A stretch of 64,000 nt of DNA from Caldilineae bacterium (lineage in GTDB: Bacteria > Chloroflexota > Anaerolineae > JAAEKA01), in contig JACKBK010000006.1 in NCBI GenBank assembly GCA_020634555.1, forward strand, positions 64,373 through 128,372, given 5' to 3'. Positions within the stretch are counted from its first letter, which is position 1, and every line of letters begins with the position of its first letter. This document shows, one piece after another, positions 44,406 through 53,411 of this stretch. A model generated the notes under the pieces. It made no database searches. It worked only from the letters and a program-made list of their open reading frames with translations, and was not told the DNA's origin. Position numbers and translations under genes: made by a program.

Positions 44406-46143
44406 ATGAAACACAATCACAACCGCAAACCCACAACCACGACATCGGCCGCCTGGCACATCTTTGCGATGCTTCTGCTGGCTGCCTTGCTGGTGGGACC
44501 GTCGCCGTCGCCGGTGCGCGCCGGTGAGAGCCAAACCGACAAATCTCCCCAGTTCGACTGCACCACGGTCACCGAGATACCGGTGGCCAGTGTGAAGCGC
44601 TGGTGGCGCTGTACGACAGCACCAACGGCGACAATTGGTACTGGAAGGACGGCTGGCTGCAAACCGACACGCCTTGCAGTTGGTTGGCATCACCTGTGAT
44701 GCAGGCCATGTCACCAAGCTTGAACTGGTCATAGTAACACTTTTGCGCGGTGCGCTTCCGCCCGAATTAGGGCAACCTGGCTGAACTAGCGAGGCTGGAC
44801 TTGCGAGCTGAGAATTACCTGACCGGTCCGCTTCCTGGCACGTTGACAAACCTCGAGCCATGTCTCGGTTTTCAGTCTGTTTCTCAACGAGCTTACCGGT
44901 CCGCTTCCTCCTGAACTGGGCAACATGACTTCGTTTAGTGGCTTGGATCCTGAATGACAATCAGATTGACGGTCCCATCCCCCTCCATTGGGGCGACCTG
45001 ACTGCAATCTGGGGATATTTCTCAGAACAAAACCAGTTGAGCGGCCCCATCCCGCCGGAACTGGGCGATCTTTCCAATCTGGAAAACCTGTCCGTTGGAG
45101 GAGAACCACCTCAGCGGCTCGATCCCTCCGAAACTCGGCCAACTCAGCAACCTGTGCGACCTCGAACCTGAGCGAGAACGAGTTGACCGGGACCATGCCG
45201 CCCGATCTGGGCAACCTGACCGGCCTCGGTTGGTGCCGCTCCTCGGTCCCACCAACGGCGACCTGGCCCGGTTGCGGGACAGAAGCAACACACCTGCGCG
45301 GCTGTATCCTGGCGCCGCTATAGTTCGCCGATGGCCGGCCGCCGCAACCTGAAACCGGCTACCTCAACCTCAACAGCAACCACCTCAGCGGCTCCATTCC
45401 GGTGGAGTTGAGCCAACTGACGGACGCCTCGGGCTTGAATCTGGGCTGCAACATGCTGTCGGCGACCCGTTCCCTACCCCGTGGCGCAGCGTAATCCGCT
45501 GGGGTAATCTTGCCTTCAACGCGTTGACTCGCTACGAACCGGTGCTCCGTCCCTTTGGTATTGGCGCCAGACCAGACCGTGGCCCCGGCGAACCTGGCGG
45601 CGACCGGCAGCAGCAACGGCGATCCTATCATCATCACCTGGACGCCTATTCTCATCTTGGGACGAGGGCTACTACGAGATCAGCTACGCTTCGGCGCCCG
45701 GCGGACCCTTCACCGTGTACGGCCAGACGGCCGACAAGATCGCCAGCAGCTACACCGTCCAGCTGCCGGCCCAGGAGACGCCCTATTACTTCCGGCTGCG
45801 CACCGTCACCTTGCCCCATACCTACATCAACTACGGTGTCGATTGTGACTATCAATCAAACACGGTGATCAGCGAGTACACGGAGGTAGTGGCGTCGGGC
45901 GGCTGGGATCCGCCGCCCACCGAGACGCCGACCCCCACCCCGACAGGAACATCGACGGCGACGCCGACGGCTACAGCGACGACCACTGCAACCGCCACTG
46001 CCACACCTACGCACACCGCCACGGCTACTGCGACACCGACCGCGACTGCGACCGAAACCGCCACGCCAACCGCGACACCCACTGCGACGGCCACCGCCAC
46101 AGCGACCCCGTCCCGACTGTGGCTGCCGCTGATCCTGCACTGA
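44406..46143 (+). pseudogene. Degraded gene for a secreted leucine-rich-repeat + FN3-like protein (many frameshifts)
   Basis: A signal peptide (MKHNHNRK...FAMLLLAALLVGP) is followed by recognisable pieces scattered over all three forward frames. These include QCEALVALYDSTNGDNWYWKDGWLQTDTPCSW / GITCDAGHVTKLEL / NQLSGPIPPELGDLSNLENL / NHLSGSIPPKLGQLSNL / NELTGTMPPDLGNLTGL / NHLSGSIPVELSQL. An FN3-like block and a (T/A/P)n linker ending RLWLPLILH* follow. Confidence 0.75.
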
Positions 46144-46440
46144 CGAGGGCATCTGCCCCTTGACATTGAAGACCGGGATTGGAGGTTTTCGCGTCTGATG
46201 ATCGCCGTCGCCGCGCGTCTCCTTTCGCCGGCTGCTTTCTGCTTGGACGCGTGATCAGCTCACTCCAATGGAGAGTCTGTTAGCGCCCGTCTCCTGCCAA
46301 ACGGTGGTGAAGGATTGTTCGCCGGACCAGGGCAGGATGTCGGCCTCCAGATCGACGAAAACCCTCATGACGGGCCACAAACACGGGATGCCCCGTCCCT
46401 ACGCGCCAACGCATTCTGAGCGCCCCCGAATGCTCAGACA

Positions 46441-47346
46441 CTAGGACGATTCCTCTCCCAGCGCCAGCAGCAGCGCATGGTCGCTCACTGACTGGTAGGC
46501 CGCCGCCAGCGGGTCGGTGATCTCGCCGGGCTTGCGCTCGAAGGGCGGTTTGCCCAGCCGCTTCAGCAGTCCCGCCTCGACAGCTGGACGGACGACCGGT
46601 GCGCTGAACCCGTCCAGCCCGTCGCCCATATCCCAGAACCGATCCAGGACAGCCTCCAGCGGTTCGATGCTCTCCGGCAAGGACTCCGGCGCTGGAGCGA
46701 CCTCATACGCCGGCGAATCCTCGGCCAGCGCCAGGTCAGCCACGCCGCGCCGCCGATGCAGCTCGGCCAGCAACTGATCCTTGTCCTTGCCGCGCAGGTG
46801 AAAGATCAGGAAGGGGTCCTGGTCAAAGCGCTCACCCAGCAAGAAGTAGACCGCGGCGACGTGCTTGCACGGGTTGGCGTAGTCGGGGCAGGAACAGTCC
46901 GTGTGCAGGTCGTCGCTGCGCGTGGGAAAGAGGCTGACGTGCGCGGCCCAGAACGCAGTTTCCACATCGGGCGGCATCTCGCCGGCCAGCAGCTTGGCAG
47001 CAAAGATCGCCTGCCCGGCCAGCGCTTCAATCACTTCGGACCACTCGGCGTCTGTCAGAGTCTTGACCGCGATCTTCACCTTGTAGGGCCGGGCGCGCGA
47101 TCCCTGGACGCGCGATGTGACCACGCCGGGGCCGATGTCCAGGTCCAGCACCTGGCCTTTGCGGGCGTAGCTGCGGCCGCGGCTCAACCGGCCCGAGTCC
47201 AGCAGCGGCTCCAGCGCGGCGATCCACTTGTCGGCCCACCAGCTCTCGCCGATCTTGCCGCGTTTGCTGCGGGCCTTGATGCCGTCGGCCGCGCGCGGCT
47301 TGCTGGGCTGGGGATACCAATCGTCGTAGTCGTAGCGTCGTGGCAT
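46441..47346 (-). CDS. SWIM zinc-finger protein
   Basis: A C-x-C-x(n)-C-x-H SWIM signature ...DCSCPDYANPCKHVAAVYFLL... in a 301-aa protein. It lies immediately downstream of, and co-oriented with, the SNF2 gene. Confidence 0.85.
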   Translation of the reverse strand: MPRRYDYDDWYPQPSKPRAADGIKARSKRGKIGESWWADKWIAALEPLLDSGRLSRGRSYARKGQVLDLDIGPGVVTSRVQGSRARPYKVKIAVKTLTDAEWSEVIEALAGQAIFAAKLLAGEMPPDVETAFWAAHVSLFPTRSDDLHTDCSCPDYANPCKHVAAVYFLLGERFDQDPFLIFHLRGKDKDQLLAELHRRRGVADLALAEDSPAYEVAPAPESLPESIEPLEAVLDRFWDMGDGLDGFSAPVVRPAVEAGLLKRLGKPPFERKPGEITDPLAAAYQSVSDHALLLALGEESS

Positions 47347-47393
47347 AGGTGTCTCTCAATGAAGTTTACAGAGGATCGCCGCGGAAACTTGTA

Positions 47394-47567
47394 GCTTAGC
47401 GCCGGTCGAGTAGCGGATTGAGGCAACCCAAATCTCATGAAACGGTGAGACATCAGCGTACCGAGACCAAGCGGATTGCGCGCGCGACTCGCTTGGTCTC
47501 GGTACGCTGACTGTACTCATCTTCATTCAAACAGTCTCCACAACCCGCTACTCGACCGGCGCTAAGC
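47394..47567. repeat. 174-bp nested double-hairpin element filling the SNF2-SWIM intergenic gap
   Basis: The outer stem is a perfect 23 bp (47394-47416 with 47545-47567). The inner stem is a perfect 21 bp (47453-47473 with 47490-47510) around a GC-alternating loop gattgcgcgcgcgact. The element starts 1 nt after the SNF2 stop codon. Confidence 0.85.
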
Positions 47568-47568
47568 C

Positions 47569-50500
47569 TTAACCTGCTGCGTCCTGGCGCAGCGTCAAAA
47601 GTTGGCGCAGGTCGTCGGTAGACAGCTCGGTCAGCCACCCCTCGCCAGCGCCGACCACGGCGTCGGCCAGCGCCTGCTTGCGCTCGATCAGGTCGTCGAT
47701 GGCCTCCTCCAGCGTGCCGGCGCACACCAGCTTATGAACGTGAACGTTGCGCGTCTGGCCGATGCGAAAGGCGCGGTCGGTGGCCTGGTTCTCCACAGCC
47801 GGGTTCCACCAACGGTCGAAGTGGAAGACGTGGTTGGCCGCGGTCAGGTTCAGACCGGTGCCGCCTGCTTTCAGCGACAGGATGAACAGCGCAGGGCTGC
47901 GGCGGCTCTGGAAGCGGGCAACCATCTCGTCGCGCTTCGACAGCGGCGTGCCGCCATGCAGGAAAAGCACCTCCTGGCCAAAAGCCTCCTGTAACTGGCG
48001 CTTGAGCAGCCCACCCATCTCGGCGAACTGGGTGAAAATCAGCGCCTGGTCGCCCTCGGCCAGCGCCTCCTCCAGCATTTCGTTGAGGCGCGCCAGCTTG
48101 CCGGAGCGGTGTTCCGGCCCGTCAGGACCGGAGAGCAGGGCCGGACTGCCGTCGGCCAGGAACTGCGCCGGGTGGTTGCAGACCTGTTTGAGCTTGAGCA
48201 GCGTGGCAAGCACCAGACCGCGCCGCCCGATGCCTTCACTCACCTCCAACTGCTGAAGCGAGTCCTTCACCACAGCCTGGTAGAGTGTGGCCTGCTCGGC
48301 GGTCAGCGTGCAGTAGGTGGTCATCTCCAGCTTGTCGGGCAGGTCCTGGATGATGGTGGGGTCGGTCTTGAGGCGGCGCAGAATGAACGGCTGCGTCAGC
48401 GAGCGCAACCGACGGGCCGCTTCCTCGTCGCCGGCCTTCTCGATAGGGCGGGCGAAATGCCGCTGGAAGTCGCGCTGCGATCCCAGATAGCCGGGGTTGA
48501 GGAAGTGCATGATCGACCACAGCTCGTTCAGGCGGTTCTCCACCGGGGTCCCGGTCAGGGCAATCCGGTGCTCGGCCGGCAGCTTGCGGATGGTCTGCGT
48601 CTGTTTGGCGCCTGGGTTCTTGATGTTCTGCGCCTCGTCCAGGATCACATCGCCCCAGTCGATGGTCAGCATCATGTCGGCATCGCGCCGGGCCAGCGCG
48701 TAGGTGCTGATGACCACATCGTGCCCGCGTGCGGCCTCCGCGAACTCTTCGCCGCGCCGCCGGTCGCCGCCGTGATGCACCATGACGCGCAGCGAGGGTG
48801 CAAAGCGTTGGATCTCGCGCTGCCAGTTGCCCACCACAGACGTCGGGCAGATAACCAGCGCCGGGCTGGCTCGGGTCCCCGCCGATGCGCCGGGCGAGCG
48901 CGTTGCCAGCAGATAGGCGATGGTCTCGGCGGTCTTGCCCAGCCCCATGTCGTCGGCCAGACAGGCGCCGAATCCCCAGCGGCGGAGAAAGGCGAGCCAG
49001 GAAAAGCCGCGCTGCTGGTAGGGGCGCAACTGGCCGCTGAATGCAGCCGGCTGTGGCAGCACCGCCATCTGGCCACCCGCCGTTTGCAGTTCTTCCACCA
49101 GGCGCGACAGCCATCCATCCGCGCTCACGCCGACCACATCGATGCCGGCGATCTGTTCCTGCGAGCCAAGCAGCACGCGCAGGGCCTCTTGCAGTGACAG
49201 CTCGCCCGCAGTTTTCTGCCGCGTTTCCCAGAACTTGATCGCCGTCTCCACCTGCTCCGGGTCGAGGACAGCCCACTGGCCGCGAATCCGTACCAACGGC
49301 TGCTTCAGGCTGGCAAGCCGTTCCAGCTCCTTGAGGGTCAGCGGTTCATCCCCCAACGCCAGGCTCCAGTCCACCGACACGATGCGCTCGAAACTCATGC
49401 CGCCAACCCCGCCCGATGGCGCTTTTTGCTGCGCTGGGCGCAGATTGAGCCGGGCGCCTAGCCGGTTGGAGGCACCGCGGCGGCCCCACCACTGTGGCGC
49501 CAGCACGCCAAAACCGCTCTCCTCCAGCAGCAAGGCCGTCTCGCGCAGGAAAGTGTATGCCTCCTCGGTGGTCAACGCGGCTGCCTCTGGCCGGGCCGCG
49601 TGCAGGCTCTCTTCGATGGGAGCGAAGAGACGCGACGCCTTGCCCAGCCCGGCCAGCATCTGTTCCTGTGGCTGGTCGAAGCGCCGATCCAGATAGCGCA
49701 GCTTCTGGCCGCGCGCCCGCCAGACCTGCTCCGCAGGCACCAGCAGGCTCAGATCGTCGGCGGCCTGCAAGAGGTAGCGCAGTTGCCAGGCGCGCTCATT
49801 CCGCTCAACCGGGGGTTCTTCAGGCGGTTCCAACCGAAAACAGAGGCGAAAGGCCTCGTCGCCGTCGGTCCGTAGCTGTGCCAGCCAGTCATTGACCTGT
49901 CCGGCAAGACGCGCGAGGTCGCCGGCCGAACCGTCCACCGCCGGATCGGCGCGCAGCAGCGCATTTCGCCAGCGCAACTCGGAACGCACAGGAACGCGAG
50001 CGGCAGTCGCGGCGGACTGCGCAGCCCAACCGCGCACACAGGCATCGGTGACGGTGTGCAGGAAGTTGGTCAGCAGACCGGCAGGCCCGGGTGGGTTGGC
50101 CGGGTCGTCAGGCAGACGCAGCGCACGGCAAACCGGCGGCATGGCGGCTGCCAGTTGCTCCAGCCGTGTCCGGTCGGCCGGGTCGTCCAGAGAGGGTTGC
50201 CACGCAGCACGATAGGTTGCCTGGGACTTCTGACTACCCGCGGCTGGAGCAACTGGTTCCGGCAAGGCCGGCACCAAGCGTTGCCGCGCCAGCAAGCTGA
50301 GCTGGAAGCGCGCCGCCATCCGCCAGAACTTCACGTCCGCGCCCAACGTGACCTGCGGTGGCAGCCGGTCACGCTCCGGCAGGCGAGCCAACCAGGGCAA
50401 CGCATCTTCAGGAGAGAGCAAGCAGCCGGCTACCTGCCAGGTGGCCAGACTGGTCTCGCCGTCTGGCGTATCCTCGGCGTCAACCAGCAGGTCGGGCGAT

Positions 50501-50799
50501 GACAGAGGTTGTATGCCGCGGCTGGGGAGATCTACATGAAGGAGCGCGGCTGATCGCGATGCACTGTCGCCGGGCAAGCTGCGCATCGCCGTCTCCAGTG
50601 TTCCGGCATCAGCGGCGAAAGGATGCGGGCTGACCCTGGGGCGTCTGCCGCGACGTTTTGCCGCCGGTGGGCCGGGCGAAGCCTCGCACCAGATCGCGAG
50701 CGCGCCGTCCGACGCTGGATTGGAAGATGAGGGAAGCCAGGCGCAGTGGAGAACAACCATGGGGGTGTGATTAACGATGTCTTGTGAGATGAGAGCCAA
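47569..50799 (-). CDS. SNF2/Rad54-family helicase-like ATPase with a long N-terminal SNF2-associated region
   Basis: ...[10 protein letters not shown]... (motif I), ...[11 protein letters not shown]... (DEAQ, motif II), ...[11 protein letters not shown]... and the helicase-C region ...[19 protein letters not shown]...[42 protein letters not shown]. The track start is TTG 50799. An alternative is ATG 50760 ([10 protein letters not shown]). Confidence 0.9.
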   Translation of the reverse strand: MALISQDIVNHTPMVVLHCAWLPSSSNPASDGALAIWCEASPGPPAAKRRGRRPRVSPHPFAADAGTLETAMRSLPGDSASRSAALLHVDLPSRGIQPLSSPDLLVDAEDTPDGETSLATWQVAGCLLSPEDALPWLARLPERDRLPPQVTLGADVKFWRMAARFQLSLLARQRLVPALPEPVAPAAGSQKSQATYRAAWQPSLDDPADRTRLEQLAAAMPPVCRALRLPDDPANPPGPAGLLTNFLHTVTDACVRGWAAQSAATAARVPVRSELRWRNALLRADPAVDGSAGDLARLAGQVNDWLAQLRTDGDEAFRLCFRLEPPEEPPVERNERAWQLRYLLQAADDLSLLVPAEQVWRARGQKLRYLDRRFDQPQEQMLAGLGKASRLFAPIEESLHAARPEAAALTTEEAYTFLRETALLLEESGFGVLAPQWWGRRGASNRLGARLNLRPAQQKAPSGGVGGMSFERIVSVDWSLALGDEPLTLKELERLASLKQPLVRIRGQWAVLDPEQVETAIKFWETRQKTAGELSLQEALRVLLGSQEQIAGIDVVGVSADGWLSRLVEELQTAGGQMAVLPQPAAFSGQLRPYQQRGFSWLAFLRRWGFGACLADDMGLGKTAETIAYLLATRSPGASAGTRASPALVICPTSVVGNWQREIQRFAPSLRVMVHHGGDRRRGEEFAEAARGHDVVISTYALARRDADMMLTIDWGDVILDEAQNIKNPGAKQTQTIRKLPAEHRIALTGTPVENRLNELWSIMHFLNPGYLGSQRDFQRHFARPIEKAGDEEAARRLRSLTQPFILRRLKTDPTIIQDLPDKLEMTTYCTLTAEQATLYQAVVKDSLQQLEVSEGIGRRGLVLATLLKLKQVCNHPAQFLADGSPALLSGPDGPEHRSGKLARLNEMLEEALAEGDQALIFTQFAEMGGLLKRQLQEAFGQEVLFLHGGTPLSKRDEMVARFQSRRSPALFILSLKAGGTGLNLTAANHVFHFDRWWNPAVENQATDRAFRIGQTRNVHVHKLVCAGTLEEAIDDLIERKQALADAVVGAGEGWLTELSTDDLRQLLTLRQDAAG

Positions 50800-50918
50800 T
50801 GGCCGCCAGGGCCAGAGGTCTGTCCGCCCTCTGGCCGGTCATCACGGTCAATCATAGCCCGTCCGATGTATCCTGTCAATGTCGTGTGGTTGCGCTTCAA
50901 AGTCACTTTGTACAATGA

Positions 50919-50947
50919 TTGCATCCCATTTGAAAACTGGATATAAT
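50919..50947 (+). promoter_or_regulatory. Candidate promoter TTGCAT-17-TATAAT for the STAND ATPase gene
   Basis: Read directly in the AT-richer 228-bp divergent intergenic region. It is flanked by two copies of caaagtcac (about 50898 and 50951). Confidence 0.35.
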
Positions 50948-51027
50948 CAACAAAGTCACCCCGTCTTTGTGCTGGTACGTTGACGGTGTTCTGACATGTC
51001 AACCACGGTTTACCAAAGGTAATCGCC

Positions 51028-53118
51028 ATGTCTCCTCGCCTATCTGATCGAATTAGCGCCGCGCGCCGGCACCGTTTTATAGGTCGTGTGGCTGAGCAAG
51101 CCCTTTTTGAGTCTGCCATCAGCGCCGACGATCTTCCCTTCAATGTCTTGCACGTCTACGGCCCCGGTGGTGTCGGCAAAACGAGCCTGCTGCGCCAGTT
51201 TGCCGAGATCAGCCAAAGCCACGGCGCGGCCGCCTACAGCATCGACGCACGCAACACTGAGCCTGCACCAGACTCGTTTCTCGCCGCGCTGAGCATGGCG
51301 ATGGGATCGAATCCGGCCGAGTCGCCGGCCGACGTGCTGGCACAGCGCAAGGCGCGAGCGGTGATTCTTGTTGATACCTTCGAGAAGTTGTCGCCGCTGG
51401 AGGACTGGCTGCGCGACGGGTTCCTGCCGCGGTTGCCGGAGTCAGTCCTGGTCGTTCTGGCCGGCCGCAACCCGTTGAGCTCAACCTGGCGCGCCGATCC
51501 GGGATGGCAACCTTTTCTGCGCAGTGTGGCGTTGCGCAACCTCAGCCCCGAGGAAGGGCGCAGCTATTTGAAGCAGCGCAACCTGCCCGCCGACGAACTT
51601 CAGTCTGTTCTCGACTTCACCCACAGCTATCCCCTCGCGTTGTCGCTGGTGGCCGATATGTACGACCAGCGGCCCGATTTCCGCTTTATGCCGGCCGCTG
51701 CGCCCGATGTTATCAAGATGCTGTTGGAGCAGTTTCTGCAGCGCGTACCCGGCCCGGCGCACCGTGCGGCGCTGGAAGCCTGCGCGTTGGTGCGTGTGAT
51801 GACCGAGTCGTTGTTGGCCGAGATGCTCAACATGCCAGAGCCCAACGACCTGTTCGATTGGCTGCGAAGTCTGTCGTTTATCGAGACCCGACCGGGCGGC
51901 CTGTTTCCCCACGACCTGGCACGCGATGCACTGGTGGTCGATCTGCGCTGGCGCAACCCGGAGTGGTACGGCGAGATGCACCGGCGGGCGCGGGCGCACT
52001 ATACACAACGCCTGCAAAGCACCAATGGGCCGGAACAACAACTTGCCCTCTTCGATCTGGTTTTTCTGCACCGTGATAACCCAATGGTGCGCCCTTTCTT
52101 CGAATGGCAAACCAGCGGCAGAATGCTGCCCGACATGCTGCGCGATGCGGACGGTAGCGTCTTGCTGGACATGGTCTCCCGTCTCGAGGGACCGCAGTCG
52201 GCGCACCTGGCCGCCCAGCTGTTTGAGCAACAGCCGGAGAACGTGATAGTCTTCCGCGACGGCGAAGGTCAGGCCACCGGCTTCCTGACCCTGATCAACT
52301 TGAACCGGCTGAATGCCGCTGATCGGGAGCAGGACCAGGCGTTTGTCAGCGCCTGGCGCTATCTTCGACAGCGGCGCGCGCCGCTACGCGCTGGCGAGTC
52401 GGCCACCTATTTCCGCTTCTGGATGGCCGACGACACCTATCAGGGTGTGTCGCCAACGCAGAGTCTGATCTTCATCAACATGGTGCGTCACTATCTGACC
52501 ACGCCAGGCCTGGCCTTCACCTTCATTCCCTGCGCCGATCCTGATTTTTGGACCGAGGTGTTCGCCTATGCCGATCTGGCGCGGCTGCCCGATGCTGATT
52601 TCGAGATCGACGGACGCCGCTTTGGCGTCTACGGACACGATTGGCGCGCCACGCCGCCGGCCGCCTGGCTGGAGCTGTTGGCTGAGCGCGAGACTGCCCT
52701 GGCGCCGGAGACGATCCAGCCGCCACCGCCGGAGGAGCGGCTTGTCGTCCTCAGCGCAGAAGAGTTTGGCGACGCGGTGATCAACGGGCTGCGCGAGATG
52801 TCCAGGCCCGGCGGCCTGCGGGACAATCCACTGCTGCGCTCACGATTGGTAGTGCAACGCGCCGGATCCGATTCTGGTGAAAGCCAACGCAACACCGCGC
52901 TGGATGAGTTGCTGCGCGAGGCGGTTGCCAGCCTGCAGATGTCACCCAAAGATCTGAAGTATTACCGCGCTGTGTATCACACCTACGTACAGCCGGCTGC
53001 TACACAAGAGTTGGCTGCCGAGCTGCTGGATCTGCCTTTTAGCACCTATCGCCGGCACCTGAAGACAGGCATCACTCTGGTGACAGAGATGCTGTGGCAG
53101 GCAGAACTCGATACGTAG
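51028..53118 (+). CDS. STAND/NB-ARC-like P-loop ATPase with a C-terminal sigma70-r4/LuxR-type HTH (signal-transducing transcriptional regulator)
   Basis: ...FIGRVAEQALFE...NVLHVYGPGGVGKTSLLRQF (Walker A), ...AVILVDTFEKL (Walker B), ...THSYPLALSLVA (GxPLAL-like NB-ARC motif), an uncharacterised ~350-aa middle region, and a C-terminal ...QELAAELLDLPFSTYRRHLKTGITLV (HTH). Confidence 0.65.
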   Translation: MSPRLSDRISAARRHRFIGRVAEQALFESAISADDLPFNVLHVYGPGGVGKTSLLRQFAEISQSHGAAAYSIDARNTEPAPDSFLAALSMAMGSNPAESPADVLAQRKARAVILVDTFEKLSPLEDWLRDGFLPRLPESVLVVLAGRNPLSSTWRADPGWQPFLRSVALRNLSPEEGRSYLKQRNLPADELQSVLDFTHSYPLALSLVADMYDQRPDFRFMPAAAPDVIKMLLEQFLQRVPGPAHRAALEACALVRVMTESLLAEMLNMPEPNDLFDWLRSLSFIETRPGGLFPHDLARDALVVDLRWRNPEWYGEMHRRARAHYTQRLQSTNGPEQQLALFDLVFLHRDNPMVRPFFEWQTSGRMLPDMLRDADGSVLLDMVSRLEGPQSAHLAAQLFEQQPENVIVFRDGEGQATGFLTLINLNRLNAADREQDQAFVSAWRYLRQRRAPLRAGESATYFRFWMADDTYQGVSPTQSLIFINMVRHYLTTPGLAFTFIPCADPDFWTEVFAYADLARLPDADFEIDGRRFGVYGHDWRATPPAAWLELLAERETALAPETIQPPPPEERLVVLSAEEFGDAVINGLREMSRPGGLRDNPLLRSRLVVQRAGSDSGESQRNTALDELLREAVASLQMSPKDLKYYRAVYHTYVQPAATQELAAELLDLPFSTYRRHLKTGITLVTEMLWQAELDT

Positions 53119-53139
53119 GAAAATCGTAACTGTTCACCC

Positions 53140-53206
53140 GTCATTGCCGTGAAGGCGGGAGTCTAGTGACTGTGAAGACGTGGATTCCCGCCTCCGCGGG
53201 AATGAC
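53140..53206. repeat. Short (67-bp) member of the CCCGC-GAAG-GCGGG MITE-like family
   Basis: gtcattgccgtgaaggcgggagtctag...tggattcccgcctccgcgggaatgac. The ends are related to the 26994 and 57093 elements. Confidence 0.8.
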
Positions 53207-53293
53207 GCAACAGTGAAGGGTTCATAATAACGGAAAATTGATCAACAATTGAGCACCTTTTGGTCTGGAGATCAGCCAGCCAACGGAGATAGA

Positions 53294-53328
53294 CTGCGGT
53301 TGTCGTTGTGACAACCGCAGTTTTATTT
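53294..53328 (+). terminator. Canonical intrinsic terminator in an intergenic region (orphan)
   Basis: ctgcggttgtc-gttgt-gacaaccgcag followed by ttttattt. It lies 176 nt after the STAND gene stop and beyond the MITE-like element. Confidence 0.65.
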
Positions 53329-53411
53329 AAGAGCGGCCATCGGCAACAGCGCCTGCTCCACTAATTTTGGATCAACCCACAGATCAAACGCAGACAAAGG
53401 AGAGTCGAAGA

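Noticed and set aside
45852-46166. Minus-strand ORFs translating to VAVAVAVGVAV... and RRRCS... repeats, plus a DNA-level 6-12-nt periodicity
   Set aside because: These are the reverse-frame reading of the (Thr/Ala/Pro)n linker at the 3' end of the LRR/FN3 gene. It is low-complexity coding sequence, not an independent gene or a non-coding array.
46255-46368. A 37-codon minus-strand ORF (MRVFVDLEADILPWSGEQSFTTVWQETGANRLSIGVS) in the gap downstream of the SWIM gene
   Set aside because: It is too short, with no SD or recognisable family. It could be a remnant of a degraded gene but cannot be supported from the sequence alone.
48109-49276. 362-aa (+) and 346-aa (-) ORFs inside the SNF2 gene region
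   Set aside because: They are alternative-frame or antisense ORFs within a gene whose helicase motifs ([16 protein letters not shown], helicase C) define the true frame.
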